Shown here: positions 1-15,300 of the stretch, one piece after another | Numbering within the stretch: the first letter of the stretch is position 1 | Layout of the letters: each line of letters begins with the position of its first letter | The notes under the pieces: generated by a model | What the model saw: only the letters and a program-made list of their open reading frames with translations | Told to the model about the DNA's origin: nothing | Databases searched by the model: none | Program-made: the position numbers and the translations under genes | Source of the DNA: Escherichia phage vB_EcoM_PTE-Eco05 | Direction: 5' to 3' (one strand) | Sequence record: PQ306573.1 | DNA length: 64,000 nucleotides

Positions 1-2314
<2,314 letters not shown>

Positions 2315-2323
2315 ATTTACCTC

Positions 2324-3145
2324 TTATTGTTTTCTAGGACCAGGAGGGGTTGGTGGAGTCGGGATTGGAATATCGTGAGTATAAGTTTGTTCAACTTCAC
2401 CATTCCAATCTTGTGCTTCAACGTCTCTCGGTTTAATTTCTGTATCAACTGATTCAAAAACGCTGGCGGCTGTTTGAAGGTCTCGTTCATTAGCATGAAA
2501 ATCAAGATAAGTCGTTTTAATAAGGCCTTCTGCTGCGCCTACCGGAGGATACATCCATCCATTTACTTCAAATGTTAATGACCACTCTAAACGTCGACGG
2601 GATAAATTATCACCGTCTATTTGTTCATCCATTGCTGCTGCCATCCATACGACTTTAATATCCCTTTCAAATGGAATATCCTGCCCATATTGCTCAATCA
2701 TAGTCGTATTAAAATGCGGCTGAAAATACGGAATAATTTGCTCAACGATTTGGAACATATCATCTTCATAACGAGTAAAGATGCTCAGTTCAAAAATCAT
2801 TTTAATTGGTGATGGGTTGTATTGGTCTACAATATCCTTAGTCGATTTACTCAAAAGAGAGTTATTCAATATATTCGTTTTAAACGTTGGGTTATAAACG
2901 AAATCTACCATTTGGAGATTTATACGTGGTAGAATAGTTTCGACTTTAGCCACATCTTCTTGTGAGTTTATAGAGGTCCATTTATTAAGTTTCATCATAA
3001 AGTGCTCTTTAGATGCATACGTAATAGGAACTCTAATTAATTTATTGCCTGTAGACAATTGACGGTTAACTTGGATATTTGAAAACAAATCGCCCATCAT
3101 TGTGATATATCGCCTGAACGACGAGTTGTAAAAATAACCAAACAT
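2324..3145 (-). CDS. 15: tail sheath stabilizer / tail completion protein (gp15-like)
   Basis: ORF begins MMFGYFYNSSFRRY, matching recalled T4 gp15 N-terminus from the second Met; AGGAG spacing favours the second ATG. Confidence 0.92.
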   Translation of the reverse strand: MFGYFYNSSFRRYITMMGDLFSNIQVNRQLSTGNKLIRVPITYASKEHFMMKLNKWTSINSQEDVAKVETILPRINLQMVDFVYNPTFKTNILNNSLLSKSTKDIVDQYNPSPIKMIFELSIFTRYEDDMFQIVEQIIPYFQPHFNTTMIEQYGQDIPFERDIKVVWMAAAMDEQIDGDNLSRRRLEWSLTFEVNGWMYPPVGAAEGLIKTTYLDFHANERDLQTAASVFESVDTEIKPRDVEAQDWNGEVEQTYTHDIPIPTPPTPPGPRKQ

Positions 3146-3158
3146 CATTTCTCCTAAC

Positions 3159-3172
3159 CGGCCTTTCGACCG
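3159..3172 (-). promoter_or_regulatory. intercistronic RNA hairpin upstream of gene 15 Shine-Dalgarno
   Basis: CGGUC-GAAA-GGCCG on the minus-strand transcript, immediately 5-prime of the AGGAG for gene 15. Confidence 0.45.
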
Positions 3173-3197
3173 GTGTTTGCTTTATCTTATCTATTTA

Positions 3198-3962
3198 TTA
3201 ATTCATAAACCCATCGTCAAATGGTGAATTTTGTCTACCACGGTTGTTAACTACTACATACGGCTCAACGTATTCACTTGCCTCTGAATTGATTTGCTCA
3301 ACTTCAGAATATTCATCGATATTAATGTCATGGATACCGTCAAGATTTCTAACAGGGTTAAGTTCCAAGTCACTAAATTCAGGTATATTGATACCTTCAT
3401 TTTTCTGAAGCATCGGATTGATTTCTTCGCCAGAGTAAATAAACTTGCCTGCAGTAATTTTACGAATCGCATTTTTACCTACTTGATAGAATGGGTCATA
3501 TGGTTCAACCCAGTTAATCTCAAATAAACTGTTGTCCATTGGGAAGTATATTAAATCACCTTCCTTGGGCTCCTGATTGTTGACCTGGTGTTTGAAAAGA
3601 CCCGGGTTAATAGATAATGTAACTTCGTCTTGAACTTGCATTCCGAAGTTGCTGAAGAACGATTTCGCTCCTTCATAACCTTCAAAAGAGTTCAGATATG
3701 CAGCAAATTTCCATGCTTTAGTAAATTTATTTTTAAGGTCCTCACCAAAGATAAGGTCCACAGCAACATATTCACGTGGAACATAAAAACATTCAATACC
3801 GCGCATCTGTATGCTTTCTGCCACTAGAACATCGGCTAATGTCTGACTATTCTCATAATTATTAAAATTGACAAATTGATTGAGGATTTCGGTCTCATTT
3901 GTCTGAGAATACCCACCACGATTTTCTAGCTTGGCGAAAAGATTTTTATCATAAGTTGCCAT
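3198..3962 (-). CDS. 14: neck protein (gp14-like)
   Basis: 254-aa ORF in T4 gene-14 position and size. Confidence 0.88.
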   Translation of the reverse strand: MATYDKNLFAKLENRGGYSQTNETEILNQFVNFNNYENSQTLADVLVAESIQMRGIECFYVPREYVAVDLIFGEDLKNKFTKAWKFAAYLNSFEGYEGAKSFFSNFGMQVQDEVTLSINPGLFKHQVNNQEPKEGDLIYFPMDNSLFEINWVEPYDPFYQVGKNAIRKITAGKFIYSGEEINPMLQKNEGINIPEFSDLELNPVRNLDGIHDINIDEYSEVEQINSEASEYVEPYVVVNNRGRQNSPFDDGFMN

Positions 3963-3963
3963 A

Positions 3964-4890
3964 TTAACCTACCAAAATACCTGCAGGAGGGTCCAGTAAA
4001 TATAACTCTTCTCGTAAAGCTTCTTTCTCTAAACGAGCTTCTTCGATTAATCGAACACCATCAACAGTGACGCCACCCGGTAACATCATACCTTGATGTT
4101 TAGCAAGAATTTGCCCATTAAGCTCTTTAGCTAACGCAGTTGCATAATCTTTAACCCAGCGGTTGTTATATGCGCCTTGTTTAGTTGCAGGATCTTCACC
4201 AACTCGTCGTCCGGCCAAATTATGGTCTGGGTTGTCATACCGCTCAGAAATAGACCATGAATCACGAGGACCGACCTGTCCGTACCCTACTGTATTTCCT
4301 ACCATCTTATGGGTCTCAATATAAGAACGAACGTACGATTCAACAATAATGACATCTTTCTGTCTAAAGTTACCCATTACTTTTAATTGCTCGTTTGCGG
4401 AGTTAAACCAAAAATCTGGAAGAGGAGCAATCATATCTTGAAGCATACCCATATAAGATACTAATTGAGAATAATACCCAAGGTCAGCGCCAAAAGCGTT
4501 CGGTCCATAGAACTTACCACAATTACTACCCATGCCACCAGAAACACCTGCCATTCCTAAAAGGAAATCAGTGAACCATGGATAAGTTGCATTACCATCC
4601 ATTGAAGTAATAGAGCCAACATTTGTTCTTATAATTCTTGTTACAGCAAATACGTTAGAACCACGCATATCAAATACGCCGTGACGGTATTTTTCTTCAT
4701 CATCAACAAAAAATACATGGAAACCTTTATTCAACCCATCAAAATGGTATTCGCCATAAAGTTCTAACGCTCGTGAAATACAATCATAAATTTGGTCTGT
4801 AGTTAATTCAACATTTACAATAGGAGCGCCTAAACGACGTAATATTACGTCCTTTAATTCTTTAGGGTTTTGTGCATTATAACCTGACAT
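3964..4890 (-). CDS. 13: neck protein (gp13-like)
   Basis: 308-aa ORF in T4 gene-13 position and size. Confidence 0.88.
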   Translation of the reverse strand: MSGYNAQNPKELKDVILRRLGAPIVNVELTTDQIYDCISRALELYGEYHFDGLNKGFHVFFVDDEEKYRHGVFDMRGSNVFAVTRIIRTNVGSITSMDGNATYPWFTDFLLGMAGVSGGMGSNCGKFYGPNAFGADLGYYSQLVSYMGMLQDMIAPLPDFWFNSANEQLKVMGNFRQKDVIIVESYVRSYIETHKMVGNTVGYGQVGPRDSWSISERYDNPDHNLAGRRVGEDPATKQGAYNNRWVKDYATALAKELNGQILAKHQGMMLPGGVTVDGVRLIEEARLEKEALREELYLLDPPAGILVG

Positions 4891-4903
4891 ATAAATCCTT
4901 TAG

Positions 4904-4917
4904 GGCCCGAAGGCCCC
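4904..4917 (-). promoter_or_regulatory. intercistronic RNA hairpin between wac and gene 13
   Basis: GGGCC-UUCG-GGCCC on the minus-strand transcript, no U-run; likely stability or processing element. Confidence 0.5.
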
Positions 4918-4922
4918 TTTCA

Positions 4923-6365
4923 TTAAGCTGTAGGAAGTTCAACCCATGCACCATCTTTGCGAACATAGAATTTACCGTCTGAAGGAGCATCTTCGATATA
5001 TCCAGCCTCTTTAAGGGCCTGAATTTCTGCTTCTGCTGCAGCAAGGTCTGTTTCTAAAGTGGTAACACGCGTAGTTAAAGCCATAATTGTTGTGTCATGG
5101 TTTTTAACTGTTGGCAATATACCACGTTCTTCTATGGTTTGACCGTTTGGGTTAGTGCCGCTTATAAGTTTATTTAAACTAGTCACTTGTCCTTTAATAC
5201 CGGACGAATTAGTTCCTAATTCGGTTTGAACGTTTTGAATGTTATTGCCTAGGTCAGTAACACCAGTTTCAAGAATACGAGTCCTATATAAAAGCGAACC
5301 AGCCGGTTCAGGTTGTCCACCATTTGAATCAACGCCAACCACCTGATTAAGCCATGCTACGTTAAAACGTAAACCACTAGAAGAATCAACACCTAAAACT
5401 GTGTTAATACCTGAAATGGAATCGGTATTTAATTTGATCTTACCCTGAAGAGTAGTCGGTAAATCTGGAGAGCCTATAGTAGTTTCTAACGTTGTCAAAC
5501 GTGGTTTAATACCACCAGGCGAGTTAATGTCTGAATTTATTGTTGATATAGAAAGAAGATTGGTCTCGACTTGAGTTTTAATAGCGGTTGAATTAGGATA
5601 TCCAACAAAATCTTTTAATGCCGCAATATCTCTGGTTTGGATAGAAATGGATGAATCAATACCAGATAAACGAGTGTAAACCGGTACTGTTAACGATGGT
5701 CTAGGACCCATTTCTTGGCGGAGGTTTTCAACTTCAGTTGTCAGAGCCCCAACATCAGAATCGGCAAATTTATTTTCCAACTCGGTTAAACGAACGCCTT
5801 GGTCAACCAACACTGAGCTGTTAGTAATAATACGTCGTTTCATCCCGGTGCTTTCATTACCTTCGGTCGGGACGCCATTAATATCTTGTCCAGTATATTG
5901 CCCTAATTCGGTTTTAATCCAAAGAAGGTCGTTACGCACCGTACGATACACTGAATCTGTTTCCGGATTAACTACTCCGATATTAGCAATAGTATCATCT
6001 AGTTTTTCTTCAGTGTTTAAAATATCAACACCGTGTGAATTTACAGTATGTTTTAATACTTCAATATCATCAGTGTTATGTCCAATTTGTGCTAAAGCAT
6101 CTACGTCACCAGAAACATCCAAGATACCTTTAATTGTGGCAATATCGGCATTAGCGGTATCTAAAGATTCTGCGATAGTCTTAACGTTATCGTTAATTGT
6201 TTCCACATTTCGTTGAACTTCTGTTATTGGACGGTTCATTACTCCTTCAGAACCATATAACGTGTCAGCACCAGTTATTTCTTCTGAATTTTTAATCCAG
6301 TTTAAACGTTTTTGACCCTCGTCAGGAGGGCCATCAACATATGGTAGACTTTTTAATTCGATCAT
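4923..6365 (-). CDS. wac: fibritin (whisker antigen control)
   Basis: 480-aa ORF; repeated coiled-coil segments and C-terminal foldon-like GYIEDAPSDGKFYVRKDGAWVELPTA, close to recalled T4 fibritin. Confidence 0.94.
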   Translation of the reverse strand: MIELKSLPYVDGPPDEGQKRLNWIKNSEEITGADTLYGSEGVMNRPITEVQRNVETINDNVKTIAESLDTANADIATIKGILDVSGDVDALAQIGHNTDDIEVLKHTVNSHGVDILNTEEKLDDTIANIGVVNPETDSVYRTVRNDLLWIKTELGQYTGQDINGVPTEGNESTGMKRRIITNSSVLVDQGVRLTELENKFADSDVGALTTEVENLRQEMGPRPSLTVPVYTRLSGIDSSISIQTRDIAALKDFVGYPNSTAIKTQVETNLLSISTINSDINSPGGIKPRLTTLETTIGSPDLPTTLQGKIKLNTDSISGINTVLGVDSSSGLRFNVAWLNQVVGVDSNGGQPEPAGSLLYRTRILETGVTDLGNNIQNVQTELGTNSSGIKGQVTSLNKLISGTNPNGQTIEERGILPTVKNHDTTIMALTTRVTTLETDLAAAEAEIQALKEAGYIEDAPSDGKFYVRKDGAWVELPTA

Positions 6366-6374
6366 TTTTTACCC

Positions 6375-7925
6375 TTAGTAATGGACTTTAATAATATAAT
6401 TTAATGATATATTCCATGGTCTAGTTTCATAACCAATTAATCCTTCGCGATTTAACGTGCCGAACGAGTCACGACCACCACCTAATTCAAATCCGTCATT
6501 TGTGAAATACGAGGCATTGTCCCAGTCTGCATATTTTCTGGTACCAAGATAACCCTGATAAACTGACGCACCAAATGGAGCTTCATTGCGTTGATATTCA
6601 CCCCAGCCACCAGCGTGTTTATGGTATGACATTTGTTGTGCCTGAACACCGCCAACATGCATTCCATCACAACCAACACCCAAACGGTCTTTACCATAAC
6701 CATCTTGACCACGATTATTTAAAATATGACTGCCAGTACCAGCTCCTCTAACAAAAAGGCCGCGCATATCCGGAATCCCTGGATTATTCCAATCCCCACC
6801 AAATCTTGTTCCAACCACATTTCGATAGTCCGGAAATTGGTCTCCAGAAATGGTCCCACCATGACATAAAACCCAACCTGGAGGAGCGCTATCACCTGCG
6901 AACATTTGAATTGTTCCAACAGGAACACGTTCAGATGCATATCTCTCTGTTGCAACTGGCTGGTCACCGTTTTTCCACATTCCGCCACGCGACCAAATTC
7001 CATTTGCTGTGAGGTGATCTAAATTTAAAGAACCATTAATAGTTTGTCCACCGCGTGTATTAATTACATCTGCGTTCCATGCTAATGCTCCGGAGCTATC
7101 GCCTTCAGGGGCAATACCAGCCTGCGTCGTTAATTTAACGACTCCACGTATAGAACCGGTAGCTCCTCTACCATTTAGCGTTTCACCTGTTACTGCAACA
7201 TCCCCTAAATTACTATTAATTTCCGCTTGTGTTCCTAGACGTATAACACCTTTATATTCTTGTGTTGCAACAGAATTCATAAAGGTATACGGGGAAATTG
7301 CATATCCTTCGCGAAGAGTTCCTTGACGTGTTTGAGCCACCGTAGCTAAACGCACAACACCGGTAATAGATTCTGAAGCCGGGTCGTTATTAGGAGCTAT
7401 TTGAGAAATTAATTTTATTGCTAATTGTTGCGTTTTAAGCGGAGTCATTGCCGTGGTGTCATCAGACCCGGCAAGTGCAGCGGTTTGAGATGCAATTTTA
7501 ATAACACCGTTAGTTGTTTCTGTTGAATAACGAGTAGAGAACGCGTTATCAATAGTTTGGTTTAATTTAAGCGGAGTAATAGAAACAGTGTCTAAAGTGC
7601 CAGCAATGGCCTCCTCTTGTGTTGCATATTTAGTTACGCCGTATTGTGTTTCTGATGCATTCGGATACTGAAGTCTTGCATTTAATGTGGCAGGTGTAAC
7701 GGCCTTAGTACTATTAAAACCATCAAGAACTTCTTGTTCTGTCGCTAATTGAATTACACCTTTTTCTGCTTCGCTTGCGTCCGGAACACCTTTAACACCA
7801 TATGCGCTAATTGAGGCTAAGGCTGCCTGGACATTGGTTATTGAACTATCAAAATTTGACCCTACCGGGTCAAATTCAACATATACCGATTCGTTCGAAA
7901 CGTGTTGATATGTATTGTTACTCAT
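6375..7925 (-). CDS. 12: short tail fiber (gp12-like)
   Basis: 516-aa ORF between wac and gene 11; size and position as in T4. Confidence 0.88.
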   Translation of the reverse strand: MSNNTYQHVSNESVYVEFDPVGSNFDSSITNVQAALASISAYGVKGVPDASEAEKGVIQLATEQEVLDGFNSTKAVTPATLNARLQYPNASETQYGVTKYATQEEAIAGTLDTVSITPLKLNQTIDNAFSTRYSTETTNGVIKIASQTAALAGSDDTTAMTPLKTQQLAIKLISQIAPNNDPASESITGVVRLATVAQTRQGTLREGYAISPYTFMNSVATQEYKGVIRLGTQAEINSNLGDVAVTGETLNGRGATGSIRGVVKLTTQAGIAPEGDSSGALAWNADVINTRGGQTINGSLNLDHLTANGIWSRGGMWKNGDQPVATERYASERVPVGTIQMFAGDSAPPGWVLCHGGTISGDQFPDYRNVVGTRFGGDWNNPGIPDMRGLFVRGAGTGSHILNNRGQDGYGKDRLGVGCDGMHVGGVQAQQMSYHKHAGGWGEYQRNEAPFGASVYQGYLGTRKYADWDNASYFTNDGFELGGGRDSFGTLNREGLIGYETRPWNISLNYIIKVHY

Positions 7926-8581
7926 GCGGTTCTCACAAAATAATAAAAGGTTGTAGGTGAATTATGGTTGTCAAGAGTAAGGGTTTGCGCACCTAGTAAA
8001 TTCCAAGTGCCGTACCCGGACTTAGCCTGAGACACTATTTCTTGAGAAACCGTGATACCATAAGAGGAATACGTTGGGAGTACGTGTCTTTGGTTATCTA
8101 AATATGTTATTTGTAATTTAGTCCCAACAGTAGGGTCATCTTTATACTCTGCAATAGCCAATTGGTCAGAAATCGCATTCCGGAGAGTAGTACGTAATTG
8201 TACAACAAATTCGTCGGCTGTCATACCTACAGTAGCATTAACAGGAAGCCCGTAAACTTTTACAATAACAGGGCTTCCATCGGGTAAACTAGGGTCAGTT
8301 ACACTTCCACTAAAGGACCAATAATCTACCTGTGAAGTTCCTTCAGGAGATACACCTGAGGTGTTAATTGTAACTGTTCCTACATCTGCTCTAGCAATAT
8401 TATGAACATCGTTTATTGCAGATTCTACGTTATCATCGTAGAATCCTTTTGCCAATTGAGAAATGGTTACAGAACCTACGCTTTGGTTGTTTAAAATATC
8501 AATTTGAGTAGGATTTTTTCTAAATCCTAAAAAATCTGCTTCGCGGGATATTACTCCCGCTTTAGTATTAAGTATGGCCAT
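7922..8581 (-). CDS. 11: baseplate wedge / tail pin (gp11-like)
   Basis: ORF track extends to 8599, but T4 gp11 (219 aa) begins at the internal Met ([13 protein letters not shown]...), giving an ATG that overlaps the gene-10 stop. Confidence 0.88.
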   Translation of the reverse strand: MAILNTKAGVISREADFLGFRKNPTQIDILNNQSVGSVTISQLAKGFYDDNVESAINDVHNIARADVGTVTINTSGVSPEGTSQVDYWSFSGSVTDPSLPDGSPVIVKVYGLPVNATVGMTADEFVVQLRTTLRNAISDQLAIAEYKDDPTVGTKLQITYLDNQRHVLPTYSSYGITVSQEIVSQAKSGYGTWNLLGAQTLTLDNHNSPTTFYYFVRTA

Positions 8582-10395
8582 TATGCAATCCTTACCCAAC
8601 GGTATACGGTAATTGACGGTTGAATATTATTTACGGCTTGAGGCGGTACGTGTGTACTATTCGTTGTGGCGTGGCCTTCACGGTATTTGGTGTATATAGG
8701 ACCTTCTGCATCAGGGTCGTATTGACAGCCACCAATAATAATTGTACCGTTCTCATCGGAAATAAGAACTTTCTCGTCAGTTTGAGTAGGAGGTAAATCA
8801 GAATTAGTTAGTGTGTTAGACGTTGTTCCGACTGTTCCACCGGCGGTATGTGTAGGATTCCCGCTAGAATCAAGGTCGTTATTATTTAATGCAAAATTAG
8901 GATCGCTAATATCGTCGTTCCATCCAACTAATACTTTTCCTTGTCCCCATAATTTCCAAGAGCCAAATCCTAAATACGTGGCTGGGTTATTAGGGTTCAC
9001 TGCATTTTCGTAAATAGTACCGACAGGGTAAATGGTGTTAAAAATATTTGCAATAGACGAGAATTCCCTGCTATATGCAGGAACAGATTCTACATTAGGC
9101 CATCCGATATTATTGAAATCGGTCAAAGCCACATCGCCGGTCACATTTACGGTTGCACCTTGTGCGACATACCTTTCATCAGTTGTATCTAAAATGTCAT
9201 CGATACTTAATAAAGTGCCTAAATCGTTATTAAACCATGTAATATCAATAATGTCTTGGTCTTCAAACTTACGGTCAAAGACTAAAGCACGTGCAATAGT
9301 TGCATCATTATCGTCATATTCAATAGAATAATCGGTGTTAGATGTAACCCAAGTCCCACCTAAAGCTGAACACTCGGTAGAAGTTTCTGCATCAGCACCT
9401 TCACATCTGAACATAGGTAAACCAACAGTACCAGCTAATTCTTGAAGAATACCGTTAAAACGAACTTCTAAAGAATTGGTATTGACCGGTTCTGAAGGAT
9501 TAACTCCAAATGCCGAAAAAGGAATAGATTTCAAAGTTGACAAATCCGCGACATATACACTTCCTTCTAAGGAAGGACGGGTTGTTAATTTCGAATCTAA
9601 AATACGTATTTGGCGGCGAGAATAAGAACTACGTAATTGTGTAATCCCATCTAAAAAGGTTTCAATTTGTACGGTGTCGCCGATATTACATGGTTGTCTT
9701 AAACGGATGTTTTTACCATCTAATGCAACGATTTCACCAGGATTAGCTCCTGGAGAACCAAAGTCACTATTGTCACTGAACACGTCACCGTAGTATAATT
9801 CGTTACCACGATGTTTTACACGGATATTATTCACATTATAAGAAACAGACCCAAATACATCAAGAAAATCAGTTTGACCTTGAACTTCGACTAAAAATTC
9901 TTTACGAGCTACACTACTAATATCAGAACTAGTAATTTTGTCTATTTGTTTATTTTTAACGTATTCCCAACGCCCAGGAGAACAGTAAACTAATTCTAAG
10001 TCTGAAAACTGCACATTTATTTCTACTGGGCTAGAAGAACCTTTAATAGTATCACCGCTGGCAGCAATTAATGTTACAGGGTTAATATTCCATGTGGCGA
10101 ATACATCACGGGCTCTAATTACTTTATTATAATCTTCCACTGTTCCTTTAGGTAAATTTATAGAAACACGCCCTGTTGAAGTATCAATTGCGTATGATTT
10201 ACCCCATTCAGCAGCTAAATTAAGTCCATCTGAAGAATGGTATGTTTTCCAGGCACCGGCGGAATATGGAACTTCACCATCGCCTAATTCATAATACAAC
10301 TCATCAAAGTTTTCATTAATTTTTGCACCACCACGACGAAGGTAATCGCCTTGTCCGTCATCAACGACGTTCCCAATTTTAATATTTTGTTTCAT
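8581..10395 (-). CDS. 10: baseplate wedge protein (gp10-like)
   Basis: 604-aa ORF, T4 gp10 size and position. Confidence 0.9.
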   Translation of the reverse strand: MKQNIKIGNVVDDGQGDYLRRGGAKINENFDELYYELGDGEVPYSAGAWKTYHSSDGLNLAAEWGKSYAIDTSTGRVSINLPKGTVEDYNKVIRARDVFATWNINPVTLIAASGDTIKGSSSPVEINVQFSDLELVYCSPGRWEYVKNKQIDKITSSDISSVARKEFLVEVQGQTDFLDVFGSVSYNVNNIRVKHRGNELYYGDVFSDNSDFGSPGANPGEIVALDGKNIRLRQPCNIGDTVQIETFLDGITQLRSSYSRRQIRILDSKLTTRPSLEGSVYVADLSTLKSIPFSAFGVNPSEPVNTNSLEVRFNGILQELAGTVGLPMFRCEGADAETSTECSALGGTWVTSNTDYSIEYDDNDATIARALVFDRKFEDQDIIDITWFNNDLGTLLSIDDILDTTDERYVAQGATVNVTGDVALTDFNNIGWPNVESVPAYSREFSSIANIFNTIYPVGTIYENAVNPNNPATYLGFGSWKLWGQGKVLVGWNDDISDPNFALNNNDLDSSGNPTHTAGGTVGTTSNTLTNSDLPPTQTDEKVLISDENGTIIIGGCQYDPDAEGPIYTKYREGHATTNSTHVPPQAVNNIQPSITVYRWVRIA

Positions 10396-11258
10396 TATTG
10401 AGCGACCCTAATTTTCTGAGCTGAAATAACTTTAGCTGCCACTCGAAGACCATTTATATGTGAAGAAACTGTCATAGTGGCAAAATTGTTAATTATCGAA
10501 AAACTAATATTAGCAATTTCGTCTTCTTCGTTATCATTACCAACGCGCATCACTGCGTATTCGGTTGAAATAACTCTTGAATTAATTGTATCTATTAGAA
10601 TATTTATTTCGCATGATTTAATTTTTCTGCCGTTGGCAGATTGGCATGTAACCAAAAGTTTAGCAGCATTATATTCAGTTTTATAAAATAGAGGAATATT
10701 GACATAGTCTGAAATAATATTCCATGTCCCGTCTACAGGAATTTCGGTATGACTAAACATACTTTCTGTAGAATAATCCCATATTGAACCGCCTGCACCA
10801 GAAGAAATACAACGAAGAGTAACTTTAGTATAAGGTGTAGTTATAACTAAATTACCTGCAACACCTTTAATAGAATCTAATGCTTGGATACTTAATGGGT
10901 TGTTTACAGAAATTGACCCGTTTGAATTTATAAATTCCACGGAATCGCCGAGTTCACCTCTAGCAACAGTAACAATAACACCACCGGTAGAAGCATCTAT
11001 GTCATGTCTACTTCCTACTGGAACAGGGGTGAAATAATCAGTAGGACCTCCTTTTTGGTAGTATCCAGTGGCATGGATTATTTGTCCATTTGGTCCTGTC
11101 CCATTAGCAGTTGCCATTTTTCGTTGGTCACCAAACGCATTGTAAATAGCATTTATATCATTGTTTATTTTAACACCGCCGTCAAAAAGGATATCGCCTG
11201 TAGAAGCGTTACCAATTTCGCCAACGTCAATCAATTGTTTTGGAGTTTGAATATACAT
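10395..11258 (-). CDS. 9: baseplate wedge, long tail fiber attachment (gp9-like)
   Basis: 287-aa ORF, T4 gp9 size and position; own late promoter upstream. Confidence 0.9.
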   Translation of the reverse strand: MYIQTPKQLIDVGEIGNASTGDILFDGGVKINNDINAIYNAFGDQRKMATANGTGPNGQIIHATGYYQKGGPTDYFTPVPVGSRHDIDASTGGVIVTVARGELGDSVEFINSNGSISVNNPLSIQALDSIKGVAGNLVITTPYTKVTLRCISSGAGGSIWDYSTESMFSHTEIPVDGTWNIISDYVNIPLFYKTEYNAAKLLVTCQSANGRKIKSCEINILIDTINSRVISTEYAVMRVGNDNEEDEIANISFSIINNFATMTVSSHINGLRVAAKVISAQKIRVAQ

Positions 11259-11283
11259 GTGGCTAATCCTTAATAGTTTATAC

Positions 11284-11291
11284 TATTTATA
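11284..11291 (-). promoter_or_regulatory. T4-type late promoter TATAAATA (minus strand) for gene 9
   Basis: Plus-strand TATTTATA about 26 bp upstream of the gene 9 ATG. Confidence 0.7.
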
Positions 11292-11298
11292 CACGAAA

Positions 11299-11316
11299 GG
11301 GAGACCGAAGTCTCCC
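11299..11316 (-). terminator. stem-loop after gene 8 (GGGAGAC-UUCG-GUCUCCC on transcript)
   Basis: Perfect 7-bp stem with UUCG tetraloop followed by UUUCGUGU on the minus strand, directly after the gene 8 stop. Confidence 0.6.
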
Positions 11317-11320
11317 TAAA

Positions 11321-12325
11321 TTAGAACATAAACAAAATATTGATCTCTTCGGTTTGGTCCATTGCCATAATAATAGGTGGACGGTTTTCCATATAAATCA
11401 TTTCACCAGAATGACGCTGTAAATCTCTGGGGTCATAATAATCCTTTTCAGCTTTTATATTAGGGTCATTAGGACGGAGTTTAGCTTCCAACGGGTTTGT
11501 GATAATAGAAATTTGTCTAAATCCTTTATTACCAGGCAGTGCTGCATTAGGGAAATAAACTGAGTCTAAATAGGCTTTAAAACGAATTATGTTTGCTTTA
11601 ACTCTATACACAAGGCCAAAATCATCTTGTTGCCAGGTTAGATTGTTTTCATATCCCCAACGAGCAGGGTCTTCTTTAACTTCTTCCGGCCATGGAACGA
11701 CTATATATTCATTAGTACACCGGTTTATAGACACATCAGGTGGAATCTCATAAAGATACTCCCATATATATCCATCACCAACTTCGATAATCCCTTCAGC
11801 ATCTCCACGGCCTTCAGGAGGGGTTAAAGACCTAACAGATGGAGTCCATTTACCGCCTAATTTAAGACATTCTTCTTTGTTGTCGAGAGACTCAATAGAA
11901 CACATCCCAACATCAGGAACATCTACGCAACGATATACTAACCATCCAGCCCCGACTTCAGTAGCATTATAAGGGGCTGTATTACATACGACTATATCAT
12001 TTATTTTGAATGTATAAGGGTCTGGATAACGAATATCTCCCCAGTCACGTCTAGGAATAACCGAGTCTAACATAGATGGGATAACTTTAACTAAACCCAT
12101 CATGTTAGTCCACATATCTGTTACACCTAAAACCGAGTCTGTTGGATACGGTGGGGCGAAGCCCACCTCATTTTCATTAGCAGCCCATGGTTCAGACCGA
12201 CCAAACGTTATAAAGATGGTGTTTTTATTATCACCATCACCTATTGAATTGTAGAAATTCAACATTTTTTCAGTTCTAAATTTTGAAGTAACTATCGCAC
12301 GATAGACAACACTTGAATCATTCAT
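11321..12325 (-). CDS. 8: baseplate wedge protein (gp8-like)
   Basis: 334-aa ORF, identical length to T4 gp8; followed by terminator hairpin. Confidence 0.9.
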   Translation of the reverse strand: MNDSSVVYRAIVTSKFRTEKMLNFYNSIGDGDNKNTIFITFGRSEPWAANENEVGFAPPYPTDSVLGVTDMWTNMMGLVKVIPSMLDSVIPRRDWGDIRYPDPYTFKINDIVVCNTAPYNATEVGAGWLVYRCVDVPDVGMCSIESLDNKEECLKLGGKWTPSVRSLTPPEGRGDAEGIIEVGDGYIWEYLYEIPPDVSINRCTNEYIVVPWPEEVKEDPARWGYENNLTWQQDDFGLVYRVKANIIRFKAYLDSVYFPNAALPGNKGFRQISIITNPLEAKLRPNDPNIKAEKDYYDPRDLQRHSGEMIYMENRPPIIMAMDQTEEINILFMF

Positions 12326-15300
12326 CTAATTTAACCTGTGGTGGATTAATCGGGTCTCTAGGATTTCCCACGTTATCTAACAATCTTTCATTAACAAGCT
12401 CTCTAAATCTAGAGAACGTTGTACCTGATGCATCAAATAATGGGCTCATTGGCTTGCGTCGTTCGGACGGTAATTGTCCTTGGAAAATAGAGTTATCATT
12501 TTCTTCGTTATAATTTGCAGGTAAAGGGTATTCGATACCGGCATAAGGACTAGCATCATAAATTACTTCACCTGTAACAGGATTGAATTCTACATTACCT
12601 TGAGGGTCTAAACGAGCGACGCGGTCTGCATATTCCGTAGGCAGTCCGGAATCCCACTTATAATTTTTATATTTATTAATAATAGTTTCAACATGTTTAA
12701 GCGTTAATCCTGTATTAATAAACATTGTTAATAAGGTTATTGCAATAAATCCAAATCCTACCGGATGTACAAAACGTAGTACGTCAGATTTCCAACGAGA
12801 GGATGGAAGATTTGACTTTATTTTCATGACGTAATAAGCTCTACCACGATTAAAATAATCAATAGTGTTTTGGGCAAGTTCTTTACCTTTAATACCGCGA
12901 ACTATTTCACCTTCAAAATCTGCTAGTCTTTCGGCTTTTACTTCTTGACCGACTAAAAGCCTACCTAAAAGGTTATGAATAGTCACAGTCCATTGTAATT
13001 TACCTTTAGAATAGCTTCTTTCTAAATATGTAACATTACATCTACCTGTAGCGGTGTATATAGTTTGTCCAACCAAATCTTCACTTATAGAATCAGATTG
13101 AATTATGATATCGTACTCTGTTCCAGCAGATGACTCAATTTCCACTTCAACGTCTTCGTTATAAAGAACTTTAAACAAAAACTTATACGACGCTTCAGTT
13201 CCTTTAGTAGAATAAAAATCGTAACTTCTGGACTCAAAGAACCTAGAAACTAAATCACGTTTCTCAGCATTCAAATAAATGTTCCGTTTATAAATTTCAG
13301 ACCAAAGATATTCCCATGCGTGTTCTTCTCGTGGGTATTTATTTTTAATCAAATTCAATAAGTTATTATAATGAGTCCCGTATCCATCAGAAAGATATTG
13401 AATATACGCTTCACAAAATGCTTCAAAGTTTGTATTATCCAACAGATAAGACTCTGGCATCATTGTAGTGAGTAATGGGCGTAAATCCGGGTCAGCTAGA
13501 CCTGTCTCTTCAACAGGAACCCAAGAAGTTTCTTTTTCTTGGTTTTGTAATGAGGAGGTCAAAAATACGTTAGTGGGCTTCCAAATTATAGAAACGTTAT
13601 CTCTAACACGATAACTAAAATCGTAATATGAAATTATTTCACCTGATGATTTATAAAACAACATACCAGATGCGTATTTTTTAAATCCAGTGAATTCTAT
13701 ATTCGGCATAACAATCTTACAATCGCCATCATTCCAGTATTCATGAACTTTACGATCAGGTGAAGTGCTAGGGTGGCTTTCCACTACCTTTGTGTAAAGC
13801 AAATCAGAATAAATCACTACCGCTCTATCAGAGTTATTAATCCAAGAACGTGTGCCTGATTTTCTAGAATAACTAAAGAAAGGTTCTGCATAATACTGCA
13901 TAGGAGTTGGTGAAAAAGTTTCCCAATTACTTTCTTCGTTTGATGCGAAAATCATCATATGGTAATGTTTATCTGCGAGCCATTCTCTAGGATATTCATA
14001 CTTAACTGCTCCTAAAAGTCCATACTTAGATTGCGTTTCTGGGTCGTCAACAATATCAGATTCTAAAAATTTAAAATTACTAGAAGAGATATAAAGCTCA
14101 ACACCATCAGTAGACATATTGGTGAAAGCCGGTTCTATACGACGGCGTTCTTCTTCGGTATTACCAAATATCCTTTTAAATGTTCCAGCGTCATGGTCTA
14201 AAACGTATACACCTTTATCAACGGAATCCAAAATAGGCTTTGTTCTTGGGTCGTCATTAACATTTTCGACTTCACCAATAATAAGAGCGAATATTCTTCC
14301 ACCAACAGAATCCATTTTATAACAAACTGCTTTAGGGTTGCCTGTTATTGTAAACGTCTCAGGTTCAAACAACCGTTCGGAATAGGTCGGAGATAATGGA
14401 TCTGAATCAATAGGAGCGTTACTGGTTTTAACGAAGCGAACTTTATCTCTGGCCGCAATATAAACATAGTCATCATTACAAGTAATAGCTTCTGCAATAC
14501 GTGATACGTTTCCTGGTAATGACGCGTATGTACCGAAAATCTCTACATCAAAACCTAAATTTAATCGGTCCCCGATTTTAGCAAATGTTACATCTTGTGA
14601 ACTGAAACGAACATCATCAGCAGACCAACGAATATCGGATGATTTACGCCCGTAAAAAATCTTATCATAGCCGAGCAAATACGTCGTATATTCTGATTGG
14701 TAATATACAGTTCGTGAAAGTGGATATCCTACACGGTCATTAAGCAATTTAACCGCTTTCCATGTTTGGCCTTTATCATTAGACACTTTTACAATAGGTT
14801 GGAATCTTTCAAAAAGGTAAAGAATTCCTTCAGATTCCATTAGATATACTCGATTTATATCTTTACATACGTCCTGGATATGCCCCTGGATTTCATGATA
14901 CTGATTTTCACCAATTATAAAATTTCTAATCGATGACACATCGGTGTATGCAGGACTAAATTGGAACGACTCGCTCATCAGTGCTGCCATGATCGTGTCA
15001 TTATTAAAATCAACGTAGTTTGTATTATTTTTTGTAAATTTTTCAGAAATAAACTCGTTAGCTAATTGCATTTCAATCATATGTTGGAATGTGTAAGCGT
15101 TTATTTCAAATGTTTCAAACTCTTCGGTGTATCTCCAATCAGACTGCTCAAATCCCTCCGCTGCTGTAGCCACACGCATCATATATGTTGTTAATGAATT
15201 TAAACCAGACTCAAAGAAATTGTTATCAGCGGTATATCCTAAATTAGTCCATCTATAACTATTACGGGGAATTGCTTCCCCATTAGCTGTTTTGGTCTCA

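Noticed and set aside
5848-6216. 122-aa plus-strand ORF inside wac; similar cases at 752..955, 6806..7012, 8813..9331, 18814..19122
   Set aside because: Antisense to long, well-supported structural genes; no promoter or ribosome-binding context
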